Of a stretch of 64,000 bases of DNA, positions 26,114 to 35,032 are shown piece after piece. The DNA lies in IMG/VR virus record IMGVR_UViG_3300037419_001822, positions 49,440-113,439 of that record; one strand, written 5' to 3'. Source of the DNA: a virus. The position numbers and the translations under genes are program-made. How positions within the stretch are numbered: position 1 is the first letter of the stretch; the number at the start of each line of letters is the position of its first letter. A model generated the notes under the pieces. It had not been told where the DNA came from, did no database searches, and saw only the letters and a list, made by a program, of their open reading frames with translations.

Positions 26114-27153
26114 TGAAGATCCTCATGCACCCGGTCGACCGGGACGGCTGCGGCTTCCACCGCATGACCGAACCGGCCCGCGCCGTGACCGAGCAGTTCG
26201 GCGACGACGTCGAGATCGAGATCCGCTACTCGATGGACATCGTGCCCAACGGCGCGGGCGGCATGGACAAGGCCGACCTGCGCGGCGCCGACGTCGTCGT
26301 CATCCAGCGCCCCGAGCACGTCGAGTGGCTGCCGTACATGCGCCTCGCCCAGCACCAGGGTGTGGCCGTGGTGATCGAGGTGGACGACCTGCTGTCCGCC
26401 GTGCCGCCCGGCCACGCGGGCTACGCCGAGATCCAGCGCTACAAGCTGGACCAGCTACTGACCCAGGCCTGCCGCGAGGCCGACCTGGTCACCGTCGCCA
26501 CCCCGGCGCTGCTGCCCGAGTACGCCCGGCACGGACGCGGTGTCGTTATCCCCAACGCCATCCACAGGCGGTTCACGGAGCTGCCCCCCGCCTACGAGCG
26601 GGAGCCCGATCTGGTGAGCGTCGGCTGGACCGGCGCGGTGAGCACGCACCCCTACGACCTGCTGGAGATCGGCACCGGCCTGGCCACCGCGCTGCAGCAG
26701 ACCGGCGGGCACGCCCTGTTCAAGGTGTGGTCGCCGCGCGGCGTCGCCGACCAGCTCGGCGTCGGCTCGCTGCAGCGGCTGACCTGGGACCGCGATCCGG
26801 CCAGCTTCCTGACTGGCCTCGGCATGGAGCTAGACGTGGGCCTTGCCCCGCTGCGCGACGACCGGTTCAACCGGTGCAAGTCGTGGCTCAAGCCGATCGA
26901 GTACGCGGCACGCGGCGTGCTGCCGATCCACTCCGGCGTCGGCCAGTACGCCCTCGCCGGGGTCGGGCTGCCCGCCCGCCGTGCCCGCGACTGGGCGAGG
27001 CTGATCACCCGGGCCATCGAGGACCCGGACTGGCGGCGCGAGCAGGCCGCGATCGACCACCGCCGGGTAATCGCCCGGCACCTCACCGAGCACACCGCCG
27101 AACGCTGGCTGGCTGCCTGGCGCGCCGCCGCCGACGCCCGGGTGGCCGCATGA
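26113..27153 (+). CDS. Glycosyltransferase (GT-B, GT4-like)
   Basis: GCGFHRM..VVIQR..EVDDL..IPNAI..VGWTG..DVGLAPL..FNRCKSWLKPIEY. Confidence 0.85.
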   Translation: MKILMHPVDRDGCGFHRMTEPARAVTEQFGDDVEIEIRYSMDIVPNGAGGMDKADLRGADVVVIQRPEHVEWLPYMRLAQHQGVAVVIEVDDLLSAVPPGHAGYAEIQRYKLDQLLTQACREADLVTVATPALLPEYARHGRGVVIPNAIHRRFTELPPAYEREPDLVSVGWTGAVSTHPYDLLEIGTGLATALQQTGGHALFKVWSPRGVADQLGVGSLQRLTWDRDPASFLTGLGMELDVGLAPLRDDRFNRCKSWLKPIEYAARGVLPIHSGVGQYALAGVGLPARRARDWARLITRAIEDPDWRREQAAIDHRRVIARHLTEHTAERWLAAWRAAADARVAA

Positions 27154-27647
27154 ACATCAACCTCGGCTGCGGCGAGTTCCTGGCGCCCGGCTACCGCAAC
27201 GTGGACCGCACCCACTCCGGCGCGGACTACAACTACGACATCACCCAGGGCCTGCCCGCCTACGAGCCGGTCGAGCGGATCTACGCCGGGCACGTCCTGG
27301 AGCACCTGTACCTGCCGGAGCTGACCGGCATCCTCACCCGCTGGCGCACCAACCGATTCGTCACCCCGGACACGCAGATGGCCGTGGTCGGCCCCGACTG
27401 CGACCGCGCCGACGCCCTGTACGCCGACGGCGACCTCGATGACGAGGACATGGAGCTGATCGTGGACGGTGGGCACCGCTGGGAGGGCGACGCCCACCTG
27501 TGGCGCTCGACGGAGAAGCAGACCCTCGGCGTGCTGCTGGCCGCCGGGTGGAAGGCGCGGCCGGTGACGCCGATCGCGCTGGCCTGCGCCGGGTGGCCGA
27601 TCGTGAGCCTGGCCGCCTGGCAGTTCGCCATCCTCGCCACCCCCTGA
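27150..27647 (+). CDS. Class I SAM-dependent methyltransferase
   Basis: INLGCG..GYRNVD..IYAGHVLEH. Confidence 0.8.
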   Translation: MNINLGCGEFLAPGYRNVDRTHSGADYNYDITQGLPAYEPVERIYAGHVLEHLYLPELTGILTRWRTNRFVTPDTQMAVVGPDCDRADALYADGDLDDEDMELIVDGGHRWEGDAHLWRSTEKQTLGVLLAAGWKARPVTPIALACAGWPIVSLAAWQFAILATP

Positions 27648-27688
27648 CCGAGGGAAACGTCTACAGATCGAGCGACCTGTAGACGCAA

Positions 27689-27759
27689 TCCGGGCTCGTC
27701 CAATGGCAAGACGCCGCGCTCTGGACGCGGAAATTGAGGTTCGACCCCTTGGCCCGGAG
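27689..27759 (+). tRNA. tRNA-Gln(CTG)
   Basis: Acceptor TCCGGGC/GCCCGGA; anticodon arm CCGCG-CTCTGGA-CGCGG; T-loop TTCGACC. Confidence 0.9.
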
Positions 27760-27761
27760 CT

Positions 27762-27846
27762 GGAGAGCGGCCCGGACGGCAAGGGCTGCGGCTGCTATCC
27801 GCAAGGCCGGGGCGACCCGGAGCAGGTTCGACTCCTGCGCTCTCCG
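27762..27846 (+). tRNA. tRNA-Ser(GCT), long variable arm
   Basis: Acceptor GGAGAGC/GCTCTCC; anticodon arm TGCGG-CTGCTAT-CCGCA; variable stem CCGGG/CCCGG; TTCGACT; discriminator G. Confidence 0.88.
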
Positions 27847-27916
27847 CAGCCGCACAAATAGCACGTCAGCGTGCCATTTGTGCCAACACCCCATCCCAAT
27901 AGGAAGGCGCACCCAC

Positions 27917-28312
27917 ATGCGCTCTCTCGACGAAGCACTCAACCTGTTCGCCTACCACCCGGCCACGCCGGAGGTGGCGGCCAAGTACGCCAAGCTGCGC
28001 GGCCTGGTGATGGAGCTGGCCCAGGACTCCTGGGACCTGATCCCGCCCGGCGCGGAGAAGACCCTGGCCTACCGGGGGCTGCAGGACTTCCTGCTGCACG
28101 CCAACTGCGCGGTCGCGATGACCACCGAGGCCGACCTGGTCACCCCGCACGTCGCCCGCGTCCTGCCGACGCCCGCCGAGGCGGCGCAGGCGGGCATGGA
28201 CTACATCAAGGCCCGCTACGGCGACCAGGACCAGGCGGGGCGGGTCCGCGACTGCATCGGCGGCACCTGCACCTGCCAGCCCAATGGCCGGGGCGACCTG
28301 GAGAACCGGTGA
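27917..28312 (+). CDS. Acb2/Tad1-like helical hairpin protein (possible immune-signal sponge) with C-terminal extension
   Basis: NLFAYHPAT..Y..LR..ELA..LIPPGAEKTLA..LQ..HANCAVA resembles the FTYH..P..REKSLA..MWANAAIA family. Confidence 0.65.
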   Translation: MRSLDEALNLFAYHPATPEVAAKYAKLRGLVMELAQDSWDLIPPGAEKTLAYRGLQDFLLHANCAVAMTTEADLVTPHVARVLPTPAEAAQAGMDYIKARYGDQDQAGRVRDCIGGTCTCQPNGRGDLENR

Positions 28313-28545
28313 AGGACGCCGAGCAGCTCTCCGCCGACCTGGACGACAAGCTCAGCGACGTCCTCGCCGGTGAAGGAGAGATGGTCACCCGCTGGGGCGC
28401 CGTCGCCGAGGTGATCGCCCCGGACGGCAAGCGCTACCTGCGCACCTTCTGGTCGGACGACCTGAGCCGCTGGGACGGCATCGGCATGCTCACGGCCGCG
28501 ATGGACGACCTGCGCGCGATGCGGGACCGCGAGGTCACCGAGTGA
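28309..28545 (+). CDS. Hypothetical protein
   Basis: GTGA overlap; GGAGA RBS. Confidence 0.6.
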   Translation: MKDAEQLSADLDDKLSDVLAGEGEMVTRWGAVAEVIAPDGKRYLRTFWSDDLSRWDGIGMLTAAMDDLRAMRDREVTE

Positions 28546-28883
28546 ACCGCTACATGATCGCCGGGATCCTCGCCGACATGCGCGACGGCAAGGAAGTGCT
28601 CCTGCTGTCCGAGTCCTCCGTGGCCGCCCGCGACGCCTTCGAGAACATGGCCGCCTGCATCGAGCCCGGCGAGGTCACCGTCCGCACCGTCGGCAAGGAG
28701 CGCATCCACGCCTACGGCAAGGGCGCTGTCCGCTTCCGCTCCATCCGCAGCCACCTCGACAACAACGTCGCAGCGGATGTGGTCGTCGCCGACGTCGATG
28801 CCCGGGATCACCAGGAGCAGATCGAGCGGCTCTGGTTCCACTTCGCCCGCCTGGGCAAGTCCGTCGAGCTGGTCCAGCACTGA
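28542..28883 (+). CDS. Hypothetical protein
   Basis: Coupled ORF. Confidence 0.6.
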   Translation: MNRYMIAGILADMRDGKEVLLLSESSVAARDAFENMAACIEPGEVTVRTVGKERIHAYGKGAVRFRSIRSHLDNNVAADVVVADVDARDHQEQIERLWFHFARLGKSVELVQH

Positions 28884-29047
28884 TGCGCTGCACCTGCCAA
28901 CGCTCCGAGGGCCCGCACCACCACCGCTTCGGCGGCACCTACCCGTGCCCCGCGCCCGGCCCGTGCCGCGACTGCGGCAACGTTGCCCCGGTCGAGTTCG
29001 TCCCGCCCGACTGGGACGAGGACGACGAGGACCCGCGCAACCGATGA
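28883..29047 (+). CDS. Small Cys/His-rich protein
   Basis: TGATG and ATGA coupling. Confidence 0.45.
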   Translation: MRCTCQRSEGPHHHRFGGTYPCPAPGPCRDCGNVAPVEFVPPDWDEDDEDPRNR

Positions 29048-29175
29048 TCATCCGCTGGCTGCACCGTCGTTACGGGCACACGCAGACGGTCACGCGCGTC
29101 TCGGTGCCCGGCTGGGATCCCTTCGCTCGCGGTGAGCTGATCCGCTGCTCCTGCGGTGAGGTCTGGGCGCGATGA
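29044..29175 (+). CDS. Small hypothetical protein
   Basis: Coupled; CSCG. Confidence 0.45.
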   Translation: MIIRWLHRRYGHTQTVTRVSVPGWDPFARGELIRCSCGEVWAR

Positions 29176-29297
29176 CCGGCGGCGAGCCACGGGAGTTCCC
29201 ACCGGCGCGGGAAACCGAACCGGCCTGGCCGATGTGGCTGTACTGGTGCGTCGTTGCCCTGCTCGTCGCCATCCCCGTCGTGGTGATGTTCACATGA
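29172..29297 (+). CDS. Small membrane peptide
   Basis: Coupled; C-terminal TM. Confidence 0.45.
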   Translation: MTGGEPREFPPARETEPAWPMWLYWCVVALLVAIPVVVMFT

Positions 29298-29485
29298 CCG
29301 GCGGCCCGGACGACGGCCGCGAGCTGTACCGGCTCGGCGACGAGCCCTGCCTGATCTGCGGCGAGACCATCCCCATCGACTGGGACGGCCTGCTCGTCTG
29401 GCACTACAAGGGCAAGACCCTCGGCCAGCTCTCCTGGTGCTCCGGCTCCCGGCAGCGCCTGCACCCGGACTACCTCGGTGCCTGA
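29294..29485 (+). CDS. Small Zn-binding protein
   Basis: CLICG..H..CSGS. Confidence 0.5.
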   Translation: MTGGPDDGRELYRLGDEPCLICGETIPIDWDGLLVWHYKGKTLGQLSWCSGSRQRLHPDYLGA

Positions 29486-29642
29486 GCACACCTGCGTGCA
29501 CCACCTCGTGGCCCAATCGGGCCAGAACCTCTACTACCAGTGCCGCTGCGGCTCCCGCCGCCACGGTGTCGCGAACTACGCGAAGCGGCACGTCCCCGTC
29601 GACCGGAGCTGGCTGGCGGGGGAGAAGGACAACCCGTCATGA
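29478..29642 (+). CDS. Small hypothetical protein
   Basis: Fills gap; coupled to TerS. Confidence 0.4.
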   Translation: MPEHTCVHHLVAQSGQNLYYQCRCGSRRHGVANYAKRHVPVDRSWLAGEKDNPS

Positions 29643-30265
29643 CCGCTGAACGAGACCAGCAGAAGGCGTACGCCCTCAGGCTGCACCTGGCAGGCAACTC
29701 CCTCAAGGAGATCGCCGAGGCCCTGGAGCTGACCGAGGTGCGCGCACGCAAGCTGCTGACGGACGCCCTGGACGAGAAGGTGCCTCGCGACCTGCCGGAG
29801 CGGGCGCGCACCGAGATCGCCCGGATCGACCGGATCATCGCGGGCATCTGGAACGCCGTCGAGGGCGGCGACCTGGAGTCGATCGACCGCTACCTGCGGC
29901 TGTCGGAGCGCCGCGACAAGCTCGCCGCGCCGAAGCCGAACACGCAGGAGCTGGAGAAGGCGTTCAAGCGGACCGCCGCCGCGTCGAAGGCGCTGATCGA
30001 CGGCGTGGACGACGCGATCGTGGAGCTGGGCCGCAAGACCGCCGAGCAGATCGACTACGTCACCGCCACCGGCAACCCGACCGACGTCACCAAGGCGCTG
30101 TACCTGCAGACGTACGTGCACAAGGCGCTGCGGGAGATGCTGGCCACTCCGGCGGCGCGCGCCGACGCGGAGGCGAAGAAGCCCGGCGGCGCGACCGGCG
30201 GGGAGACGCAGAAGGCCTCGAAGTTGACGCAGCTCCGCTCGGTGACGGGCAGCAAGCGCGCCTGA
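29639..30265 (+). CDS. terS: Terminase small subunit with N-terminal HTH
   Basis: ALRLHLAGNSLKEIAEAL HTH; LATPAAR..SKLTQLR; directly before TerL. Confidence 0.75.
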   Translation: MTAERDQQKAYALRLHLAGNSLKEIAEALELTEVRARKLLTDALDEKVPRDLPERARTEIARIDRIIAGIWNAVEGGDLESIDRYLRLSERRDKLAAPKPNTQELEKAFKRTAAASKALIDGVDDAIVELGRKTAEQIDYVTATGNPTDVTKALYLQTYVHKALREMLATPAARADAEAKKPGGATGGETQKASKLTQLRSVTGSKRA

Positions 30266-30266
30266 G

Positions 30267-31964
30267 GTGGCCGCGAAGGTCAGCGAGCACGACCGCGTCG
30301 TCTACGGCGACCTCGACTACAAGCCGGGGGTTCGGTACGGCTGCATCGAGCCGCGTGTCTGGACGCCGCCGCTTCGGGAGCTGACGCCGGAGACGTCGCT
30401 GGGGTTCGCCGCGATCGAGTTCTCGATCGACGTGCTCGGCCTCAAGCCGTTCCCGTGGCAGAAATGGCTGCTGATCCACGCCCTGGAAATTGTGGGCGAC
30501 CTGGACGGCGAATGGCATTTCCGATTCCGCAATGTCTGCGTTCTGATTGCCCGTCAGAATGGCAAGTCGACGCTCGGGCAGATCCTGTCCCTGTTCTTCC
30601 TCTACGTTCTCGCCGTTCCGCTGATTCTCGGCACCGCCCAAGACCTCGACACCGCCGAAGAGGTCTGGGAAGGCGCCCTCGACATCATCGAGGGCAACGA
30701 GGAATTGGCCGCAATGGCCGACAAGCCCATCAAGGTCAACGGCAAGAAGACGATTCGGCTGCTGACCGGCGAACGCTACAAGGTCAAGGCCGCCTCCCGG
30801 CGCGCCGGTCGTGGTCTCTCCGGCGACCTGATCCTCCTGGACGAGCTGCGCGAGCACACGTCCTGGGAGGCCTGGGGCGCGATCACGAAGACGACCATGG
30901 CGCGCGCCAACGCCATGGTGTGGTCCCTGTCCAACGCTGGGGACGTCGCCTCGATCGTCCTGAGCTACCTGCGCAAGATGGCGCACAAGGCGCTCGGCGA
31001 CCCGGACGGCATCAACGCCGCCGACGACCCGTCGTCGCTGCTGGACGAGAGCGTCGCCGACGACGCCGCCATCGAGGCCGACGACTCCCTCGGCATCTTC
31101 GAGTGGTCCGCGCCGCCCGGCTGCGCCACCGACGACCCCGACGGCTGGGCGCAGGCCAACCCGTCCATGGGCCACGGCATCACCGAGCGGGCCATCAAGT
31201 CCGCGCAGCGCACCGACCCGGAGTGGACGTTCCGCACCGAGGTGCTGTGCCAGTGGGCCCCCGGCGCCCTGGAGGGCGCGTTCCCCGCCGGAACGTGGGA
31301 GGCCGGACACGACGGCCCGTGCACCGGGTCCAGCGACTGCGGCGGATGCGCAGACGACAAGCACGAGCCCGGCTACGCGGGCTCGCAGATCGCCCCCGGC
31401 TCCGCGCTGGGCCTGTGCGTGGACGTCTCCTGGGACCGCACGATGGCGCACATCGCCATCGCGGGCCTCCGCGAGGACGGCCTGCCGCACGTGGAGATCA
31501 CCGCCTCCCGGGCGGGCACCGAGTGGGTCAAGCTGTGGTTCCAAGACGCCGAGTTCGGGGCCGCCCGCCGCAAGATCAAGGTGCTCATCCAGCCCACCGC
31601 ACCGGCCGGGGCGCTCTCGGAGGAGCTGCGCTCCATCGGGGTCGACGTCCAGGACTGGAAGGGCACCGAACTCGGCCAGTCCTGCGGCCGGTTCTACGAC
31701 CTGGTCGTCCAGAACGAGCTGCGCCACCTGCCGCAGCCGCTGCTCGACGTCGCCGCCGCCGTCGCGACCACCCGCCCCCTGCCCGGTGACTCCTGGGCCT
31801 GGGACCGCCGCAAGTCACCACTCGACATTGCCCCCCTCGTCGCCGCCACCGGTGCTGTCTGGCTGATCAGTCCGCGCGCCGTGGAGGTCAAGGAAGCCCA
31901 GGTCCACGAATGGCCGACCGACGAGGAGATCGCCGCATGGGAACAGGAGGAACTGAGTCTGTGA
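30267..31964 (+). CDS. terL: Terminase large subunit
   Basis: IARQNGKS Walker A; LLDELRE Walker B; QANPSMG; VDVS nuclease; DIAPLVA. Confidence 0.95.
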   Translation: MAAKVSEHDRVVYGDLDYKPGVRYGCIEPRVWTPPLRELTPETSLGFAAIEFSIDVLGLKPFPWQKWLLIHALEIVGDLDGEWHFRFRNVCVLIARQNGKSTLGQILSLFFLYVLAVPLILGTAQDLDTAEEVWEGALDIIEGNEELAAMADKPIKVNGKKTIRLLTGERYKVKAASRRAGRGLSGDLILLDELREHTSWEAWGAITKTTMARANAMVWSLSNAGDVASIVLSYLRKMAHKALGDPDGINAADDPSSLLDESVADDAAIEADDSLGIFEWSAPPGCATDDPDGWAQANPSMGHGITERAIKSAQRTDPEWTFRTEVLCQWAPGALEGAFPAGTWEAGHDGPCTGSSDCGGCADDKHEPGYAGSQIAPGSALGLCVDVSWDRTMAHIAIAGLREDGLPHVEITASRAGTEWVKLWFQDAEFGAARRKIKVLIQPTAPAGALSEELRSIGVDVQDWKGTELGQSCGRFYDLVVQNELRHLPQPLLDVAAAVATTRPLPGDSWAWDRRKSPLDIAPLVAATGAVWLISPRAVEVKEAQVHEWPTDEEIAAWEQEELSL

Positions 31965-32143
31965 CGCCTCGCGACGTCCTTCGGGACCTCCTCACCACGG
32001 TCATCGAGCTGCTCGGCCTCGCCGCGATCGTCTTCGGCGTCTACCTGTACGACCCGCGCGCAGCGTGGATCGTCGGCGGCCTGCTCGCCGTCGGGCTCGG
32101 CTACGTCCTGGCCCCGCCGTCCGCCAAGGGTCCTGACCGGTGA
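31961..32143 (+). CDS. Small two-TM protein preceding portal
   Basis: GTGA overlaps; typical pre-portal membrane gene. Confidence 0.7.
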   Translation: MTPRDVLRDLLTTVIELLGLAAIVFGVYLYDPRAAWIVGGLLAVGLGYVLAPPSAKGPDR

Positions 32144-33426
32144 GCCTGGTCCGCCGGGCGCGCGAACGGCGCGCCGCCCAGCCGTTCGTGCTGCCCACCG
32201 GGCAGCCCGGCTGGTACGCGACCACCGACGGGTCCATCCCCACCAACGGGTCGCTGCTGACCAACCACTCCGGTGTGCCGGTCACCGAGCACAACTCGCT
32301 GCAGCAGTCCACGTTCTACGCCTGCACCCGGCTGCTCGCCGACTCCATCGGCATCCTGCCGTGGGACAACTTCCGCACCATCGACGGCTTCCCCCGGATC
32401 GTCGCCCCGCAGTCGCCGCTGCTGGCCGACCCCGACCCGCTGTTCTCCACGTCGCAGTTCGACTTCAAGCACATGCTGGTCACCAGCCTGGCGGTGCGGG
32501 GCAACTTCTTCGGCCTGGTCACCTCCCGTGACCGGCTGGAGTACCCGCAGAGCCTGCTGCCGCTGCACCCCGACTGGGTGCGCCTCGACCGAGACCCCAA
32601 CACCTGGCGGCTGCGGACCTGGGTGATGGGGGAGCAGGTCGACAACGCCGACATCTTCCACATCCCGTACATGCGGATGCCCGGCTACGACTACGGCCTG
32701 TCCCCGGTGACGGTGTTCGCCGAGTCGATCGGCCTCGCGCTGGCGGCCGAGCAGTACGGCGCGAAGTGGTTCCGCGACGGCGCCAGCCCCAGCTCCGTGC
32801 TGGAGACCGACCTGCCGCAGGACGACGACCAGGTCAAGCGGGTCCAGCGCAACTGGGTCTCCTCGCACGGCGGCAGGCGGCTCCCGGCCGTGCTGTCCGG
32901 CGGCTTCAAGTGGAAGCCGATCACCATCACGCCGGAAGAGTCCCAGTTCCTGGAGACCCGCCAGTTCCAGGTCGCCGAGATCGCCCGCATGTTCGGCGTC
33001 CCGCCGCACATGGTCGGCGACGTCGAGCGCTCCACCTCGTGGGGCACCGGCATCGAGCAGCAGAACATCGGCTTCGTCACGCACACCCTGCTGCCCTGGC
33101 TGACCCGCATCGAGTCCGCGTTCAACCGGATCACCCCGCGCGGTCAGCACATGAAGTTCAACGTCAATGCGCTGCTGCGGGGCGACCTCAAGAGCCGCTA
33201 CGAGTCCTACCAGCTCGCCATCGACTCCGGGTTCATGAACCCCGACGAGGCCCGTGGGCTGGAGGAGATGCCGCCGATCCCCGGCGGCCTGGGCCAGAAG
33301 TTCCGGCAGCCGCTGAACATGGCCCCGCTCGGCTACGAGCCGCCGGACCCCGCCCCGGCCCCCAAGACCACCCCGTCGTCCGGCGCGACCGCGCCGACGC
33401 CAAGCTCCGACAACTCAGGAGACTGA
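32140..33426 (+). CDS. Portal protein (HK97 family)
   Basis: GLSPV..QFLETRQFQVAEIARMFGVPPHMVG..GFMNPDEAR. Confidence 0.95.
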   Translation: MSLVRRARERRAAQPFVLPTGQPGWYATTDGSIPTNGSLLTNHSGVPVTEHNSLQQSTFYACTRLLADSIGILPWDNFRTIDGFPRIVAPQSPLLADPDPLFSTSQFDFKHMLVTSLAVRGNFFGLVTSRDRLEYPQSLLPLHPDWVRLDRDPNTWRLRTWVMGEQVDNADIFHIPYMRMPGYDYGLSPVTVFAESIGLALAAEQYGAKWFRDGASPSSVLETDLPQDDDQVKRVQRNWVSSHGGRRLPAVLSGGFKWKPITITPEESQFLETRQFQVAEIARMFGVPPHMVGDVERSTSWGTGIEQQNIGFVTHTLLPWLTRIESAFNRITPRGQHMKFNVNALLRGDLKSRYESYQLAIDSGFMNPDEARGLEEMPPIPGGLGQKFRQPLNMAPLGYEPPDPAPAPKTTPSSGATAPTPSSDNSGD

Positions 33427-33427
33427 C

Positions 33428-33784
33428 ATGTCCTTCCGTCAGGCCAACGCTGCGGTCGCCCTCTCCGGTGCGATCACCGCCACCACCAACGGTCCCGCCC
33501 TGCGCGTCCCCGGCGGCGAGGGCGGCTCGCACGTCGTCGTCGCCGTCCACGTCTCGGCCGTCTCCGGCACCACGCCGTCGCTGACCCCCAAGCTGCAGGA
33601 CTCCGCCGACGGCAGCACCGGCTGGGCCGACGTCACCGGCGCGGCCGGGACGGCGCTGACCGCCGCCGGGAACGTGCTGTTCAACGGCCACACGACCAAG
33701 AAGTTCGTGCGCGTTGTCGCCACCGTCTCCGGCACCACGCCGAGCCTCACCACCACCGCGACCGTCTTCGGCGCGAAGGCCTGA
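33428..33784 (+). CDS. Probable capsid decoration/cement beta-sandwich protein
   Basis: VSGTTPSLT..LQDSADG..WADV..FVRV pattern; location in head module. Confidence 0.55.
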   Translation: MSFRQANAAVALSGAITATTNGPALRVPGGEGGSHVVVAVHVSAVSGTTPSLTPKLQDSADGSTGWADVTGAAGTALTAAGNVLFNGHTTKKFVRVVATVSGTTPSLTTTATVFGAKA

Positions 33785-33844
33785 TCCCACCCCTCCTCGG
33801 CCAGCCGCCCACGCGAGGACGACCCGTGAAGGGAACCACCCCCC

Positions 33845-34828
33845 ATGGATGAAAAGCGCGCAGCGATGCTGCTCGGCACCCTGGAGCGCCGCACCCGGCC
33901 CGCCGAGGTCGAGATCCGCTCCGACGGCGACAGCAACAGCTTCACGGTGCGCGGCTACGCCAGCGTGGTCGAGCACGCCTACGACGTGTACGGCGGCCCC
34001 GAGAAGGGTGGCTGGACGGAGACGATCGCACGTGACGCGTTCGCCAAGACGCTGGCCGACAACCCGGACGTGGCGTTCCTCATCAACCACGACGGCATCC
34101 CGCTGGCCCGCACCCGGTCCGGCACGCTGACGCTGTCCGCCGACAACACCGGCCTGGCGTCGGAGGCTTCGATCGATGGGGCCTCCCCGCTCGGCCAGAC
34201 CTTGCGGTCGGCGATGGGGCGCGGCGACCTCGACCAGATGAGCTTCGGCTTCCGGGTCACCCGTCAGGAGTGGAACGAGGAGTACACCGAGCGGCGCATC
34301 ACCGAGGTCAGCCTCGACCACGGCGACGTCTCGATCGTCACCTACCCGGCGAACCCGGCCACGTCGATGAGCATCGTGTCGGCCCGCTCGGCGGTGAACT
34401 TCCTCCGCGAGAGCGAGCTGGCCGAGATCCGCGCCGAGGTCACCCCCGACGAGCTGCGCGAGGCCCGCGAGCGTCTCGACGGCCTCCTGTCCGGGCTCAT
34501 GACGCCGGACGAGGTCCGCGCGGCCGACGCCGAGGACGACGCCGAGGAGCGTGAGGAGACCGCCGCCGGGACCGTCACGGTCGACGTCGAGCTGGGCACC
34601 ATCAACGCCGACGGCCTCCGCGAGCTGGTCGAGCGCATGGTCGCCGACGCTCTCCGCGCCGCCGCCCCGGCCGCCGAGGACGAGCAGCCCCCGGCCGAGG
34701 ACGAGGAGCGCACCGAGGACTCGACCGAGACCGAGGAGCGTGCCGAGGAGGCCCCGGCCGAGACCGAGGTCCGCAGCGGTGGCCTGTCACTGGCCCACGC
34801 TCGCCGCCTCGCCCTGCTCGACATCTGA
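33845..34828 (+). CDS. HK97-type prohead protease with acidic C-terminal tail
   Basis: GYASV..FLINHD..LART..MSFGF..DVSIVTYPANP. Confidence 0.92.
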   Translation: MDEKRAAMLLGTLERRTRPAEVEIRSDGDSNSFTVRGYASVVEHAYDVYGGPEKGGWTETIARDAFAKTLADNPDVAFLINHDGIPLARTRSGTLTLSADNTGLASEASIDGASPLGQTLRSAMGRGDLDQMSFGFRVTRQEWNEEYTERRITEVSLDHGDVSIVTYPANPATSMSIVSARSAVNFLRESELAEIRAEVTPDELREARERLDGLLSGLMTPDEVRAADAEDDAEEREETAAGTVTVDVELGTINADGLRELVERMVADALRAAAPAAEDEQPPAEDEERTEDSTETEERAEEAPAETEVRSGGLSLAHARRLALLDI

Positions 34829-34899
34829 TCCCGGGCGGCCCCAGAGCCGCCCGTCTACCGCGCCCCGCTCTGGGAGCGCGGATCCCCCGATGCCCGTCA

Positions 34900-34986
34900 C
34901 GCCGCAGCACCTGAGCCCCGCGCCGCAGCACCCGACCGACTGATCCTCGGCCGCGCCGCTGCACCCGAGGCCCACGCCGCTGCACC
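34900..34986 (+). repeat. Four copies of CGCCGC(A/T)GCACC in the capsid-gene leader
   Basis: Copies at 34900, 34921, 34954, 34975. Confidence 0.8.
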
Positions 34987-35032
34987 TGGCTGGCTAACCA
35001 ACTGATCCAACTGCCGAAAGGAGTCATCCGCG

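Noticed and set aside
27762-27846. Amber-suppressor (CTA) tRNA reading
   Set aside because: The 7-nt loop CTGCTAT places GCT at the anticodon; body has Ser identity features
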